DNA of 64,000 bases from NCBI GenBank assembly GCA_050298595.1, contig JBNKUM010000009.1, positions 32,001 through 96,000 of the forward strand, given 5' to 3'. The notes beneath the pieces were generated by a model. The model worked only from the letters and a program-made list of their open reading frames with translations, was not told the origin of the DNA and did not search any database. The stretch is from Gammaproteobacteria bacterium (GTDB lineage: Bacteria; Pseudomonadota; Gammaproteobacteria; GCA-001735895). The position numbers were made by a program, and so were the translations under genes. How positions within the stretch are numbered: position 1 is the stretch's first letter; every line of letters begins with the position of its first letter. Shown piece by piece: positions 20,312-29,126 of this stretch.

Positions 20312-20797
20312 ATGAGCAACAATCAAGGCACTAACCATAGCGAGGATATTCGGCAGGAGTATCTGACCTTTTCACTGGGTGCTGAGCAATACGGTGTAGA
20401 TATCCTTAAGGTCAAGGAGATACGCGGTTGGGAGCCACTGCGGGAACTGCATGATGCGCCAGCCTATATCAAAGGTGTGCTCGATTTTAGAGGGCACATC
20501 GTACCTGTCCTTGATCTCAGAATACGTTTTGGCATACAGCAATATGAATATAAACCGACAACCGTGATCATTATCCTGTCCACTGAAGATGATAAAAACA
20601 TGATGGGCGTCGTGGTGGATGCAGTGTCAGATGTGCTCTCTGTGAAACAGAGTGAAATCAAACCATCACCTGATTTGGGTGACAAAATCAATACTGATTA
20701 CATGCTGGGAATGGTCACCCAGCAGCAGGGTATGATTATGCTGGTGAACTCCGACCGTCTGGTCGATAAAGATGAACTGGAGGTCGAGGGCTATTAG
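20312..20797 (+). CDS. cheW: Chemotaxis protein CheW
   Basis: EYLTFSLGAEQYGVDILKVKEIRGW, GVLDFRG. Confidence 0.93.
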   Translation: MSNNQGTNHSEDIRQEYLTFSLGAEQYGVDILKVKEIRGWEPLRELHDAPAYIKGVLDFRGHIVPVLDLRIRFGIQQYEYKPTTVIIILSTEDDKNMMGVVVDAVSDVLSVKQSEIKPSPDLGDKINTDYMLGMVTQQQGMIMLVNSDRLVDKDELEVEGY

Positions 20798-20812
20798 TCC
20801 ATCGAAATCATC

Positions 20813-21436
20813 ATGATAAAAAAATCAGTGAAGAAAAAGGCGTCCAAAAAAGTTATTGATTATGATCCACTGGCATGGCTGGAAGAAGGAGAAGATAAAA
20901 ACCAGCAAGAGGAATCAGCTTCCCCATCTACGATAGAGAATCAGTCCAGCGATAACGCGGAGAGTCAGGAGAACACGGCAGCTTTTGGATTTTTTGATGA
21001 TGACCCAGTAGAAGAGGTCGCTCAGGTTGCGAGTACTGATGAAGATGATTTAGCTTACGGTTTTTTTGACGATGCTCCCATTTCAATGCAATCACAATCC
21101 GCGCGTATAGATGCAGATAGCCATACAATTAATCTGGGTGCTGAACTTACCATAAGATCAGTGTCAGAGTGCAAGGCACTTATCGACCAGCTACTGCATC
21201 AGGGAGAAGAGATAAAACTGCAGGTGAATGAATTGCAGAAAATAGATAGTGCAGGCCTGCAAATGCTTTACAGTCTTAAAAAGACACTGGATAAAAGTGG
21301 ACAGAAAATCCACTGGATGAGTTCGGGTGCAGTGGTTAACGAAGTAGCACAGATGTTAGGCTTGCCCGAACTGGCAGATACCTCTGTAGATGAAGGCGAA
21401 GAGCAGCAGGAAAATAGCGCTTTCGGTTTTTTCTAG
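20813..21436 (+). CDS. STAS-domain protein with basic N-terminus and repeated (F/Y)GFF motifs
   Basis: STAS core LGAELTI...QKIDSAGLQML; KKSVKKKASKKVIDYDPLAWL; FGFFDDD, YGFFDDA, terminal AFGFF. Confidence 0.75.
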   Translation: MIKKSVKKKASKKVIDYDPLAWLEEGEDKNQQEESASPSTIENQSSDNAESQENTAAFGFFDDDPVEEVAQVASTDEDDLAYGFFDDAPISMQSQSARIDADSHTINLGAELTIRSVSECKALIDQLLHQGEEIKLQVNELQKIDSAGLQMLYSLKKTLDKSGQKIHWMSSGAVVNEVAQMLGLPELADTSVDEGEEQQENSAFGFF

Positions 21437-21459
21437 CTAAAACAATTTAAGGAGTCTTC

Positions 21460-22026
21460 ATGTCTGAAAATTCTGATAGTCGATCCACTAGCGGTCAATC
21501 TGAGGTTGACTGGAGCCAGGTGCAGGAAACTGTGCGTATGTTATTTCTGACTGTAGCACAGATTGAAATTGCGCTTACCGAAAGTGATGAGTCTTTTGAC
21601 CATTTAACACATAGTTTTACTAACATAATGGAATATGAAAAAAATATTGCGCAGGTAGTAGAAGGGTTACCTGATTCTGAACAGACGCTGGCGTTGCGCG
21701 ATAGTATTAGACACAGCACACAAAAACTCAGACAGGAATTTCAGGGCGCGATCATCGCGTTTCAATTTTATGACAAGTTAACTCAGCGCCTGTCGCATGT
21801 CTGCAGTAGTATTGAAGCTATGAGTGGTCTGGTCGGCGATACCAGCAAGAATAATGATCCTGCACAATGGACCCTTTTGCAGGATGCAATTAAATCCAGA
21901 TATAGCATGCACGAAGAGTATGAAATGTTTGACAATGTGATGAAGGGTGATGATGTGCGTGAAGCGGTGCGGAAATATTATGAAACCCATAAAGATGATC
22001 TCTCTGGAGACATCGAGTTCTTTTAA
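21460..22026 (+). CDS. Coiled-coil chemotaxis-associated protein with CheZ-like motif
   Basis: AFQFYDKLTQRLSHV; ends SGDIEFF; AAGGAG RBS; stop overlaps cheR ATG. Confidence 0.7.
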   Translation: MSENSDSRSTSGQSEVDWSQVQETVRMLFLTVAQIEIALTESDESFDHLTHSFTNIMEYEKNIAQVVEGLPDSEQTLALRDSIRHSTQKLRQEFQGAIIAFQFYDKLTQRLSHVCSSIEAMSGLVGDTSKNNDPAQWTLLQDAIKSRYSMHEEYEMFDNVMKGDDVREAVRKYYETHKDDLSGDIEFF

Positions 22027-22868
22027 TGTCTGTCAATGTGGAACAGGAAAAAGAGTTTAGTTTTTCGAGTAAGGATTTTGATTACCTGCGTAAACTGGTG
22101 ACCGATACCACGGGTATTCTAGCTGGCGATGATAAGTACACAATGTACTATTCGAGGCTAGCGCGAAGGCTCAGAAAACTGGGCCTGAAAGATTTTACTG
22201 CCTACCGCAAATATCTGAATGATCATCTGGATACGGAGCTTATTGAGCTGGTGAATGCCGTCACCACCAATCTGACTGCTTTTTTTCGTGAAAACCACCA
22301 TTTCGAATTCTTAAAGGATACGGTTGTCGCTAAACTAAAATCAAGAGGGGCTAGAAAGGTTCGTATCTGGTCTGCAGGCTGTTCAACAGGTGAAGAACCT
22401 TATTCCATAGCGATTAGTCTGGCAGAAGCGATACCTGATTATAAAAGCTGGGATATCAGAATCTTTGCCACTGATCTGGATTCAAATGTGCTGCAAAAAG
22501 CATCTTCGGGTGTATACGATATAAGCCGGGTAGGAGGTATAGCAAAACCCCTGTTAAAAAAATATTTTCGCAAAGGGACTGGTAGTAATTCAGGACTGGT
22601 CAGACTAAAGCCAGATATAATCAATCTAATTACTTTTGATCAGCTTAACCTGCTACATAGCTGGCCGATTAATTACATAATGGATTGTATATTCTGTAGA
22701 AATGTAGTCATTTATTTTGACAAGTCTACTAAAGTCAAGCTGGTGGAACGTTATGCAGAACAAATGGTTCCTGAAGGCTATTTATTTATGGGACATTCCG
22801 AATCATTGTATAAATCAACTGAAAGATTTCACTTAATTGGGCACACGATATACCAGAAAACGAGCTGA
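22026..22868 (+). CDS. cheR: Chemotaxis methyltransferase CheR
   Basis: TTNLTAFFRENHHF, IWSAGCSTGEEPYS, IFCRNVVIYFD, GHSES. Confidence 0.96.
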   Translation: MSVNVEQEKEFSFSSKDFDYLRKLVTDTTGILAGDDKYTMYYSRLARRLRKLGLKDFTAYRKYLNDHLDTELIELVNAVTTNLTAFFRENHHFEFLKDTVVAKLKSRGARKVRIWSAGCSTGEEPYSIAISLAEAIPDYKSWDIRIFATDLDSNVLQKASSGVYDISRVGGIAKPLLKKYFRKGTGSNSGLVRLKPDIINLITFDQLNLLHSWPINYIMDCIFCRNVVIYFDKSTKVKLVERYAEQMVPEGYLFMGHSESLYKSTERFHLIGHTIYQKTS

Positions 22869-22905
22869 TCAGGGAATAATCTGTGCTAGAGGCAGCTAAT
22901 AGCAA

Positions 22906-23541
22906 ATGCAAAAACACGATTTTCCAAAACCCCTTCCAGGCTTTAGCCAGATCAATAGATTTTGGGATTATAAAAATCAGTCTATCTCCGCAAAAATCCT
23001 GCCGGGAGAATACTATGTCACCATTCATGATGAAATCATTGCGACGGTTTTAGGTTCCTGTGTGTCTGCCTGTGTGACTGATATAAAGCATGGCATAGGT
23101 GGCATGAATCATTTTTTATTGCCCCTGCATAAGGGAGAAGAATGGTCAGAGAAATTGACTCCTGATAACCTGGCTACACGTTACGGGAATTTCGCTATGG
23201 AACATATGATAAACGATGTTTTGAAATATGGGGGGCGAAAACAAAATCTGGAATTTAAAATTTTTGGTGGATCAAGGATCATCGGCAATATGGGTGATGT
23301 AGGAATTAATAATATTAAATTTGTACTAAACTATATTGAGGTCGAAGGATATACATTGGTCGCACAGAATGTTGGTGGAATTAATCCCCGTAAGGTGTTG
23401 TATTACCCCAGGTCTGGCCGGGTTCGGGTAAAAAAGATCAGGGATCTGCATAATGACACCATTTTCCGACGTGAGTCTGAATACATGCATCATCTGGACG
23501 AGCCCGAAGCTGTGACCGGCGAGATTGAATTATTTGATTAA
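22906..23541 (+). CDS. cheD: Chemoreceptor glutamine deamidase CheD
   Basis: TVLGSCVSAC, GGMNHFLLP, RYGNFAME; ends GEIELFD. Confidence 0.95.
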   Translation: MQKHDFPKPLPGFSQINRFWDYKNQSISAKILPGEYYVTIHDEIIATVLGSCVSACVTDIKHGIGGMNHFLLPLHKGEEWSEKLTPDNLATRYGNFAMEHMINDVLKYGGRKQNLEFKIFGGSRIIGNMGDVGINNIKFVLNYIEVEGYTLVAQNVGGINPRKVLYYPRSGRVRVKKIRDLHNDTIFRRESEYMHHLDEPEAVTGEIELFD

Positions 23542-23559
23542 CATCACCCAGGAGTTTGC

Positions 23560-24606
23560 ATGATTAAGGTACTGGTTATCGATGACTCAGCATTGATCAG
23601 GCAACTATTAACTGAAATCCTTAACAGTGACCCCGAAATTGAAGTGGTGGGCAGTGCGCAAGATCCTTATATGGCGCGCGAAAAAATAAAAAAGCTAAAT
23701 CCAGATGTACTGACGCTAGATGTAGAAATGCCGAAGATGGATGGGGTGACCTTTCTTAGAAACCTGATGCGCTTACGCCCGATGCCCGTGGTGATGGTTT
23801 CAACACTCACTGAATCTGGTGCCGATGTTACCCTGCAGGCGCTCGAACTGGGAGCGGTAGATTTTGTATCCAAACCCAGGGTAAATGTGCAGGAAGAGAT
23901 GCAAAACTATGCAAAAGAAATTATTTCAAAAGTAAAAGCCGCATCGCATGCCAGGGTCAGGGGGGCGAGTTTACCTGCACTTAATAAAAAGTCCGCTGGC
24001 GAAATTGCTGCAATAAAGCACTTCAAAACCACCGATATGATAATTGCGATAGGTGCTTCAACGGGCGGTACCGAAGCACTTAAAGATGTACTGAGCCAAT
24101 TGCCTACGAATACACCGGGTACAGTGATTACGCAGCACATCCCGGTCGCCTTCAGTAAACCCTTTTCAGAACGTTTGAATGCTAACAGTGCAATGACCGT
24201 AACCCAGGCTACCGATGGTCAGCAAATATTACCAGGCCATGCCTATGTGGCACCTGGAGACAGGCATTTACAGGTAGTCAGAGACGGCGCTCGTTTTATC
24301 TGTAGGTTGCTTGATACCGAGCCCGTTAATCGGCATAAACCCTCTGTTGAGGTAATGTTTAACTCTGTCGCCAGAAATGTAGGCTCTAATTCGCTGTGTG
24401 TACTACTCACAGGTATGGGGGATGATGGTTCTGATGCAATGGGTGAAATGAAAAAGGCCGGAGCCCCAACGATTGCTCAGGATGAGGCTTCCAGTGTGGT
24501 ATGGGGGATGCCGGGCGAGGCGGTTAAGCGAGGGCATGCTGATGAAGAGGTAGCCTTGCAGAATATCGCGCAGAGAATTGTTTACTATGCCTCCAGGCAT
24601 GGTTAG
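23560..24606 (+). CDS. cheB: Chemotaxis methylesterase CheB (REC plus esterase)
   Basis: [37 protein letters not shown]. Confidence 0.96.
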   Translation: MIKVLVIDDSALIRQLLTEILNSDPEIEVVGSAQDPYMAREKIKKLNPDVLTLDVEMPKMDGVTFLRNLMRLRPMPVVMVSTLTESGADVTLQALELGAVDFVSKPRVNVQEEMQNYAKEIISKVKAASHARVRGASLPALNKKSAGEIAAIKHFKTTDMIIAIGASTGGTEALKDVLSQLPTNTPGTVITQHIPVAFSKPFSERLNANSAMTVTQATDGQQILPGHAYVAPGDRHLQVVRDGARFICRLLDTEPVNRHKPSVEVMFNSVARNVGSNSLCVLLTGMGDDGSDAMGEMKKAGAPTIAQDEASSVVWGMPGEAVKRGHADEEVALQNIAQRIVYYASRHG

Positions 24607-24676
24607 CTGTAGAAATCTACCTCACACTACCCCTATAATTCTGCACACTAGTTATTTAAGCAATTCAAAAGAACTG

Positions 24677-25369
24677 ATGTTTGATTCGATAAAAGTGATC
24701 GCCTTCGATCTGGATGACACACTGTGGCCCTGCATGCCGACGATTGAGCGAGCAGAAGCGGCCACCTATCAATGGTTACAGCAAAGTTACCCGCGCGTGA
24801 GTGATGCTTTAGATGAACGAGGGTTGCTGGAATTTCGTAAGGCGGTTATGCGCAGTGATGATGTTTATCGTATAGATCTATCGTTAATGCGGCGTGAGAT
24901 GCTAGCTCAGCTGGCCAGTGAATTTGATTATGAAGTTGAGCCTATGGTTGAGCAGGGCTTTGAGCTATTTTATCGTCTAAGACATGATGTCAGTTTTTAT
25001 GAGGATGTGTTTCCAGTGCTCGACCAGCTCAAACCACTCTATAAACTGGGATCGATTAGTAACGGTAACGCGAGTGCCGGTCTTACCCCTTTAAATGACT
25101 ATTTTGATTATTATCTGAATGCTTCGGATGTGATGGCGCGTAAACCCGATATCCGTATCTTCAGGCATTTCTGTGATCAACTGGGAATTGCTCCTGAACA
25201 GTGCCTGTATGTCGGCGATGACCCTGTTTACGACGTGGTGGGTGCGCGTGAGTCAGGTATGCAGACCGTTTGGGTCAACAGGGATACACTCAGCTGGCCT
25301 GAAGAGTTAGAACCTGCACAGGCTGAGATAAGCGATCTATATCAGTTACTCGATCTGGTTGATATTTGA
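24677..25369 (+). CDS. HAD-superfamily hydrolase (YigB-like)
   Basis: FDLDDTLW, SNGN, KPD, VGDD...DVVGA; ATG 24677. Confidence 0.88.
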   Translation: MFDSIKVIAFDLDDTLWPCMPTIERAEAATYQWLQQSYPRVSDALDERGLLEFRKAVMRSDDVYRIDLSLMRREMLAQLASEFDYEVEPMVEQGFELFYRLRHDVSFYEDVFPVLDQLKPLYKLGSISNGNASAGLTPLNDYFDYYLNASDVMARKPDIRIFRHFCDQLGIAPEQCLYVGDDPVYDVVGARESGMQTVWVNRDTLSWPEELEPAQAEISDLYQLLDLVDI

Positions 25370-26011
25370 TCAGTTCCCCATCTCAAGAAATTTTTTCACC
25401 ACTTTATCTGCCAGTATGGGTTGAGCTATCGCTGTTGGGTGGATGCCATCTGCCTGCATGTATTCCGGTTTGCTAGCTGCGACACCTTCCAGAAATCGTG
25501 GTAGATAGCTGATTTTTTGCTCATCAGCAAGTTGTTGATAGATTTGCTGAAATCGCTGGTTATAGACGGGACCGAGGTTGGGAGGGAGCCTGACACCTAT
25601 CATCAGTACCTTAATATTCTGCCCTAAGGCGAGTTTAATCATCTCGCGTAGATAGTTCTGTGTACGCCCGAATGGAAACCCTCTTAACCCATCGTTTCCA
25701 CCAAGCTCAATAATCAGGTGACTGGGTTGATGTTGTTTTAATAAAGCAGGCAGTCGTTCCTGCCCGCCCTGAGTCGTTTCCCCGCTGATACTTACATTGA
25801 TGACGGTAATATTTGACCCTTGCTGGTGCAACTTCTGCTCAAATAAAACCGGCCAGCTTTGTTCAATTGCAATATTATGAGCAGCACTTAAACTGTCGCC
25901 CAGAATCAGGATCTTCGCGTTAGATGATTGCCCCGCAGCCAGGCTTGAAGTCGACATCAGGCAACACCATATAGTGACCACTATGGAAAAAAAACTAGAA
26001 GAATGCATCAT
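25370..26011 (-). CDS. tesA: Acyl-CoA thioesterase I / arylesterase (SGNH/GDSL)
   Basis: Signal peptide, LGDSLSA, SISGETT, ELGGNDGLRG, DGIHP; head-to-head overlap with ybbA as in enterobacteria. Confidence 0.9.
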   Translation of the reverse strand: MMHSSSFFSIVVTIWCCLMSTSSLAAGQSSNAKILILGDSLSAAHNIAIEQSWPVLFEQKLHQQGSNITVINVSISGETTQGGQERLPALLKQHQPSHLIIELGGNDGLRGFPFGRTQNYLREMIKLALGQNIKVLMIGVRLPPNLGPVYNQRFQQIYQQLADEQKISYLPRFLEGVAASKPEYMQADGIHPTAIAQPILADKVVKKFLEMGN

Positions 26012-26663
26012 TGTCTCGAATCTTGGTAAAAAGGTAAAAGCACCCGAAGGTGACCTGACCATATTGCAGGACATTAACCTGAATGTGAAGTCTGGAGAAG
26101 CTATAGTCATTACCGGTGAGAGTGGTTCAGGCAAAACCACCTTACTGGGCCTGATGGCTGGACTAGATAGCCCTGATCAGGGTGAGGTCACACTATTGGG
26201 TGAAGCCCTGTCCACTAAAAACGAGGAGCAACGTGCTCGTATACGCAACGGGCGTGTTGGCTTTGTGTTCCAGTCTTTTCATCTGGTCACAGGTGCAACT
26301 GCACTGCAGAATGTTATGTTACCACTGGAACTGTCGGGTCATATGAAAGCCCGGCAGCATGCTAAAGAAGTGCTCTGCGAGGTAGGACTGGAACATCGAA
26401 TGAATACAGCAGTCGAACGTTTATCAGGTGGTGAGCAACAGCGAGTTGCCATCGCCAGGGCCTATGCGGTACAGCCGGATATCCTGTTTGCAGATGAACC
26501 TACAGGAAATCTGGATACACACACCGGTGCGCAGATTATCGATTTATTATTTAAATTACGTGACCAGCAGGGTAGCAGTCTGATACTGGTAACACATGAG
26601 CATCGGCTAGCTGAACGTGGAGATAGAGAAGTAAAAATGGCTAAGGGCAGTATTCTTGCCTAG
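25983..26663 (+). CDS. ybbA: ABC transporter ATP-binding protein (YbbA/LolD-like)
   Basis: GESGSGKTT, LSGGEQQRVAIARA, FADEPTGNLD. Confidence 0.85.
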   Translation: MEKKLEECIIVSNLGKKVKAPEGDLTILQDINLNVKSGEAIVITGESGSGKTTLLGLMAGLDSPDQGEVTLLGEALSTKNEEQRARIRNGRVGFVFQSFHLVTGATALQNVMLPLELSGHMKARQHAKEVLCEVGLEHRMNTAVERLSGGEQQRVAIARAYAVQPDILFADEPTGNLDTHTGAQIIDLLFKLRDQQGSSLILVTHEHRLAERGDREVKMAKGSILA

Positions 26664-29115
26664 ACCGATGAGAAATTTATTTCCTCAAATACATTCGTGG
26701 TGGTTGCTGTGGCTGGCCGCAGTGATCACTATGACTATAGTCGCAGCCAGTCAATTATTTACCGACCGTATCGGACAATTACTGGATCAGCAAGCCAGTG
26801 AGTTACTAGCGGCTGATATGCTGGTTACTTCAAGCGAAAAACTCCCCGAATCCTTCACTGCATTGGCAGAACAATATGAACTATTAACCGCGCAAACAGT
26901 AGAACTACGTAGTGCAATATTCATTGGCGATAACCCTCAACTGGTAGAGGTAAAGGCTGTCTCCAGCGGATACCCTCTGCGTGGCTCGCTGGAGCTGAAA
27001 CGCGATTTATTAACTGAACCCAGAATAACTCGATCCGCGCCAGAGCGCGGTGAAATCTGGATAGATAACAAACTCAAAAGTGAATTGAATAAATCGATAA
27101 CTCTGGGTCAAAGCAAATTAACTGCCAACTGGCTGGTGAGTTATGAACCGGATAGAGGTGGTAGCCTGTTTAATCTGGCACCACGCATAATGATGAACCT
27201 GCTGGATCTTGAAGATACAGGCCTGCTAACCGAGGGGAGTCGAGCAAAATATAAGTTGCTGGTTGCCGGTGAACCGAAGTCTTTACAGGCTTTTAAGAAA
27301 GAAGTTGAAACCAGGCTGGAAGATGGTCAAAAGCTTCAATCACTGGATAATGCAAGGCCTGAAATGCGTAATGCATTGCAGCGCACCAAAAAGTTTTTTT
27401 CTATGTCGATCACCATGACACTGGTGATTGCCATGGTAGCCATTGCGATTACCGCACGCTATGCCGCGTCACAGGAGTCAACCAAGGTATCAGTGATGCG
27501 CACCTTTGGGATTTCGAGCCGACGACTGATTTATTACTACGCCTGGCAGATAGGAAAAATCTGGATAATAGCCACACCGGTTGGGCTGTTTATCGGCCTG
27601 ATGGCTCAATATCCACTGCAGTGGGCACTGGGTTTCTGGTTTTCCAGTAGTCTGCCTGATCCCACCTGGCAGCCTTTTGCGCTGTCGGGATTAGTGGGGT
27701 TGGTTAGCCTGCTTGGATTTAGTTTACCGCCTTTATTAAATGTGGTGGATACACCTCCCATGCAGGTATTGCGTCAGCTCACGCTTAGAACCCGTAGCGC
27801 CAGGTCTCTGCTATTTTCATCCATAAGTCTGTTGACACTCTATCTGGTGCTGCTGCTCATAGTGCCCGATTTTAAGATGGCTACTCTGCTGTATTTACTG
27901 ATTATCGCTATCGGCTTATTTATACCTGCTGTGTTACGTTTATTGCTATATCTCTATGCAAAAACCGTGCAGCAGCATTTCTGGCTGAAGAGTTATGCGC
28001 TGACTCGCTTGCTTAGCTATAATCGCAATGCATTATTTGTCATGTCAGGATTCAGTCTCACTCTATTATCGGTATTACTGATTTCATTAGTTAAAGACCA
28101 GTTGATTCAGGAGTGGGAAACACAATTACCGGAAGACAAGCCAAATTATTTTCTGATTAATATCCCTACTACTGACGTGGATGGGTTAACGCAGTTTTTA
28201 CAGGAAAATGGAATATCTGCCTCAGGTGCTTATGCACTGGTTCGAGCGCGCCTGAAATCCATCAATGAAAAGGAAGTAAAGGAAATAAAGTTTGATAGCG
28301 AAAGGGGGGAGCACCTGTCTAACCATGTGTTCAATATCAGCTATAGTGAGAGTTTACCCGCCGATAATGAGGTTGTAGAAGGTGACTGGTTAGGGCAAAA
28401 ACCTGATGGTAAAGAGTTTTCGGTGGAACAGGGCATGGCTGAGAGTCTGGGGTTAAAGCCTGGTGATACATTGACATTCTCTGTCGCCGGAGAAGAATTT
28501 GAAGGGCAGATTAGCAATATCCGCTCGGTAGTGTGGGAAAATTTCAGGCCCAATTTTTTTATCATCGGCACTCATAAAGTACTGGCAGATAAACCGCAAA
28601 CCTGGTTGATGAGTGCTCTGATAAAATCTGAGCAGAAACCTTATTTGAAGACGCTGGTGCAAAAATTTCCCAGTGTCACGCTGCTGGATATTAGCGAGGT
28701 TATGCAACGTATTAAAGGCATTATTGATCGAGCCAGTCTGGCATTACAGTTCTTTTTTATGTTTGCTATCCTCGCTGCTGTGATTGTATTACTTTCTGCG
28801 TTAAATACAGCCAATTCAGACCGCCAGATGGAAATCGCTCTATTGCAGTCTTTAGGTGCAACTAAGCGCGACAAACTATTTTCTCAGGTGTTCGAATTTG
28901 TATTGATGGGTATAGCTGTTGGTTTTTTTGCCGCGCTTTTTGCCACATTGACAGGTTATCTCGTAGGTGCCTATTTCTTTGATTTGAGTTTTGTTTTCAA
29001 ACCAGAGATATGGCTGTATAGCATTTCTGTAGCAGTAGCTTCGATTACACTATTGGGCACGCTGTTTATTTATCGTTCATTCAATGTCAGTCCTATGAGT
29101 CTGTTAAGAAGTTAA
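26656..29115 (+). CDS. ybbP: ABC transporter permease, FtsX/MacB-like (YbbP)
   Basis: LLAADM, KAVSSGYPLRG, PNYFLINI, W.NFRPNFF; two TM bundles. Start TTG 26656 or ATG 26668. Confidence 0.85.
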   Translation: MPRPMRNLFPQIHSWWLLWLAAVITMTIVAASQLFTDRIGQLLDQQASELLAADMLVTSSEKLPESFTALAEQYELLTAQTVELRSAIFIGDNPQLVEVKAVSSGYPLRGSLELKRDLLTEPRITRSAPERGEIWIDNKLKSELNKSITLGQSKLTANWLVSYEPDRGGSLFNLAPRIMMNLLDLEDTGLLTEGSRAKYKLLVAGEPKSLQAFKKEVETRLEDGQKLQSLDNARPEMRNALQRTKKFFSMSITMTLVIAMVAIAITARYAASQESTKVSVMRTFGISSRRLIYYYAWQIGKIWIIATPVGLFIGLMAQYPLQWALGFWFSSSLPDPTWQPFALSGLVGLVSLLGFSLPPLLNVVDTPPMQVLRQLTLRTRSARSLLFSSISLLTLYLVLLLIVPDFKMATLLYLLIIAIGLFIPAVLRLLLYLYAKTVQQHFWLKSYALTRLLSYNRNALFVMSGFSLTLLSVLLISLVKDQLIQEWETQLPEDKPNYFLINIPTTDVDGLTQFLQENGISASGAYALVRARLKSINEKEVKEIKFDSERGEHLSNHVFNISYSESLPADNEVVEGDWLGQKPDGKEFSVEQGMAESLGLKPGDTLTFSVAGEEFEGQISNIRSVVWENFRPNFFIIGTHKVLADKPQTWLMSALIKSEQKPYLKTLVQKFPSVTLLDISEVMQRIKGIIDRASLALQFFFMFAILAAVIVLLSALNTANSDRQMEIALLQSLGATKRDKLFSQVFEFVLMGIAVGFFAALFATLTGYLVGAYFFDLSFVFKPEIWLYSISVAVASITLLGTLFIYRSFNVSPMSLLRS

Positions 29116-29126
29116 TATATAAAAAT

